From: an uncultured Acidobacteriaceae bacterium
GTDB taxonomy: Bacteria; Acidobacteriota; Terriglobia; Terriglobales; Acidobacteriaceae
Direction: 5' to 3'
DNA: 64,000 nt
Assembly: GCA_963799145.1 (NCBI GenBank)
Contig: CAWCWQ010000206.1
Location: forward strand, 6,354 to 70,353
Every line of letters begins with the position of its first letter. Positions within the stretch are counted from its first letter, which is position 1. The notes beneath the pieces were generated by a model, which saw only the letters and a program-made list of their open reading frames with translations, had not been told where the DNA came from and made no database searches. Positions 63,945-64,000 of this stretch are shown here, in pieces. The position numbers and the translations under genes were made by a program.

Positions 63945-64000
63945 AACCACTTGGGCGTGAGACCGCTCAGGTAATGGAAGCCAAAGGTGCCGCAGTGAAG

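Overview
GC-rich bacterial chromosomal window. Gene content and repeat families point to Acidobacteriota (Terriglobia / Acidobacteriaceae-like); this is inference, not a database result. The core genes are an EF-G paralog, motAB, araB, rph, fba, rhlE, bcp, fabI, murI, an amidase-GerMN pair, recA and coaD. Accessory inserts between them are: (i) a 5'-truncated RHS gene, a SWIM/SNF2 pair and an integrase remnant (1-5100); (ii) a type II R-M cassette with a controller gene and a tandem C-box (12450-14479); (iii) a lower-GC three-gene cassette behind an IS1-family transposase remnant (45114-46700); (iv) an IS1634 remnant; (v) three TA-like or TIR/NDT-like gene pairs; (vi) a large secreted DUF1906-like hydrolase. 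A family of GGGTG-footed hairpin repeats sits at several accessory-gene boundaries, and 7-bp tandem repeats occur in intergenic regions. Many genes, including normally essential ones (fba, fabI, murI), carry single-base frameshifts that are most likely assembly errors. The best novelty candidates are the 280aa/133aa/2TM cassette (putative anti-phage system), the REP-like repeats bracketing cargo genes, a fusion of two ExbD domains lacking the motor helix, and several catalytically degenerate signalling proteins around motAB and a sigma54 activator. No rRNA, tRNA or CRISPR array was recognised.
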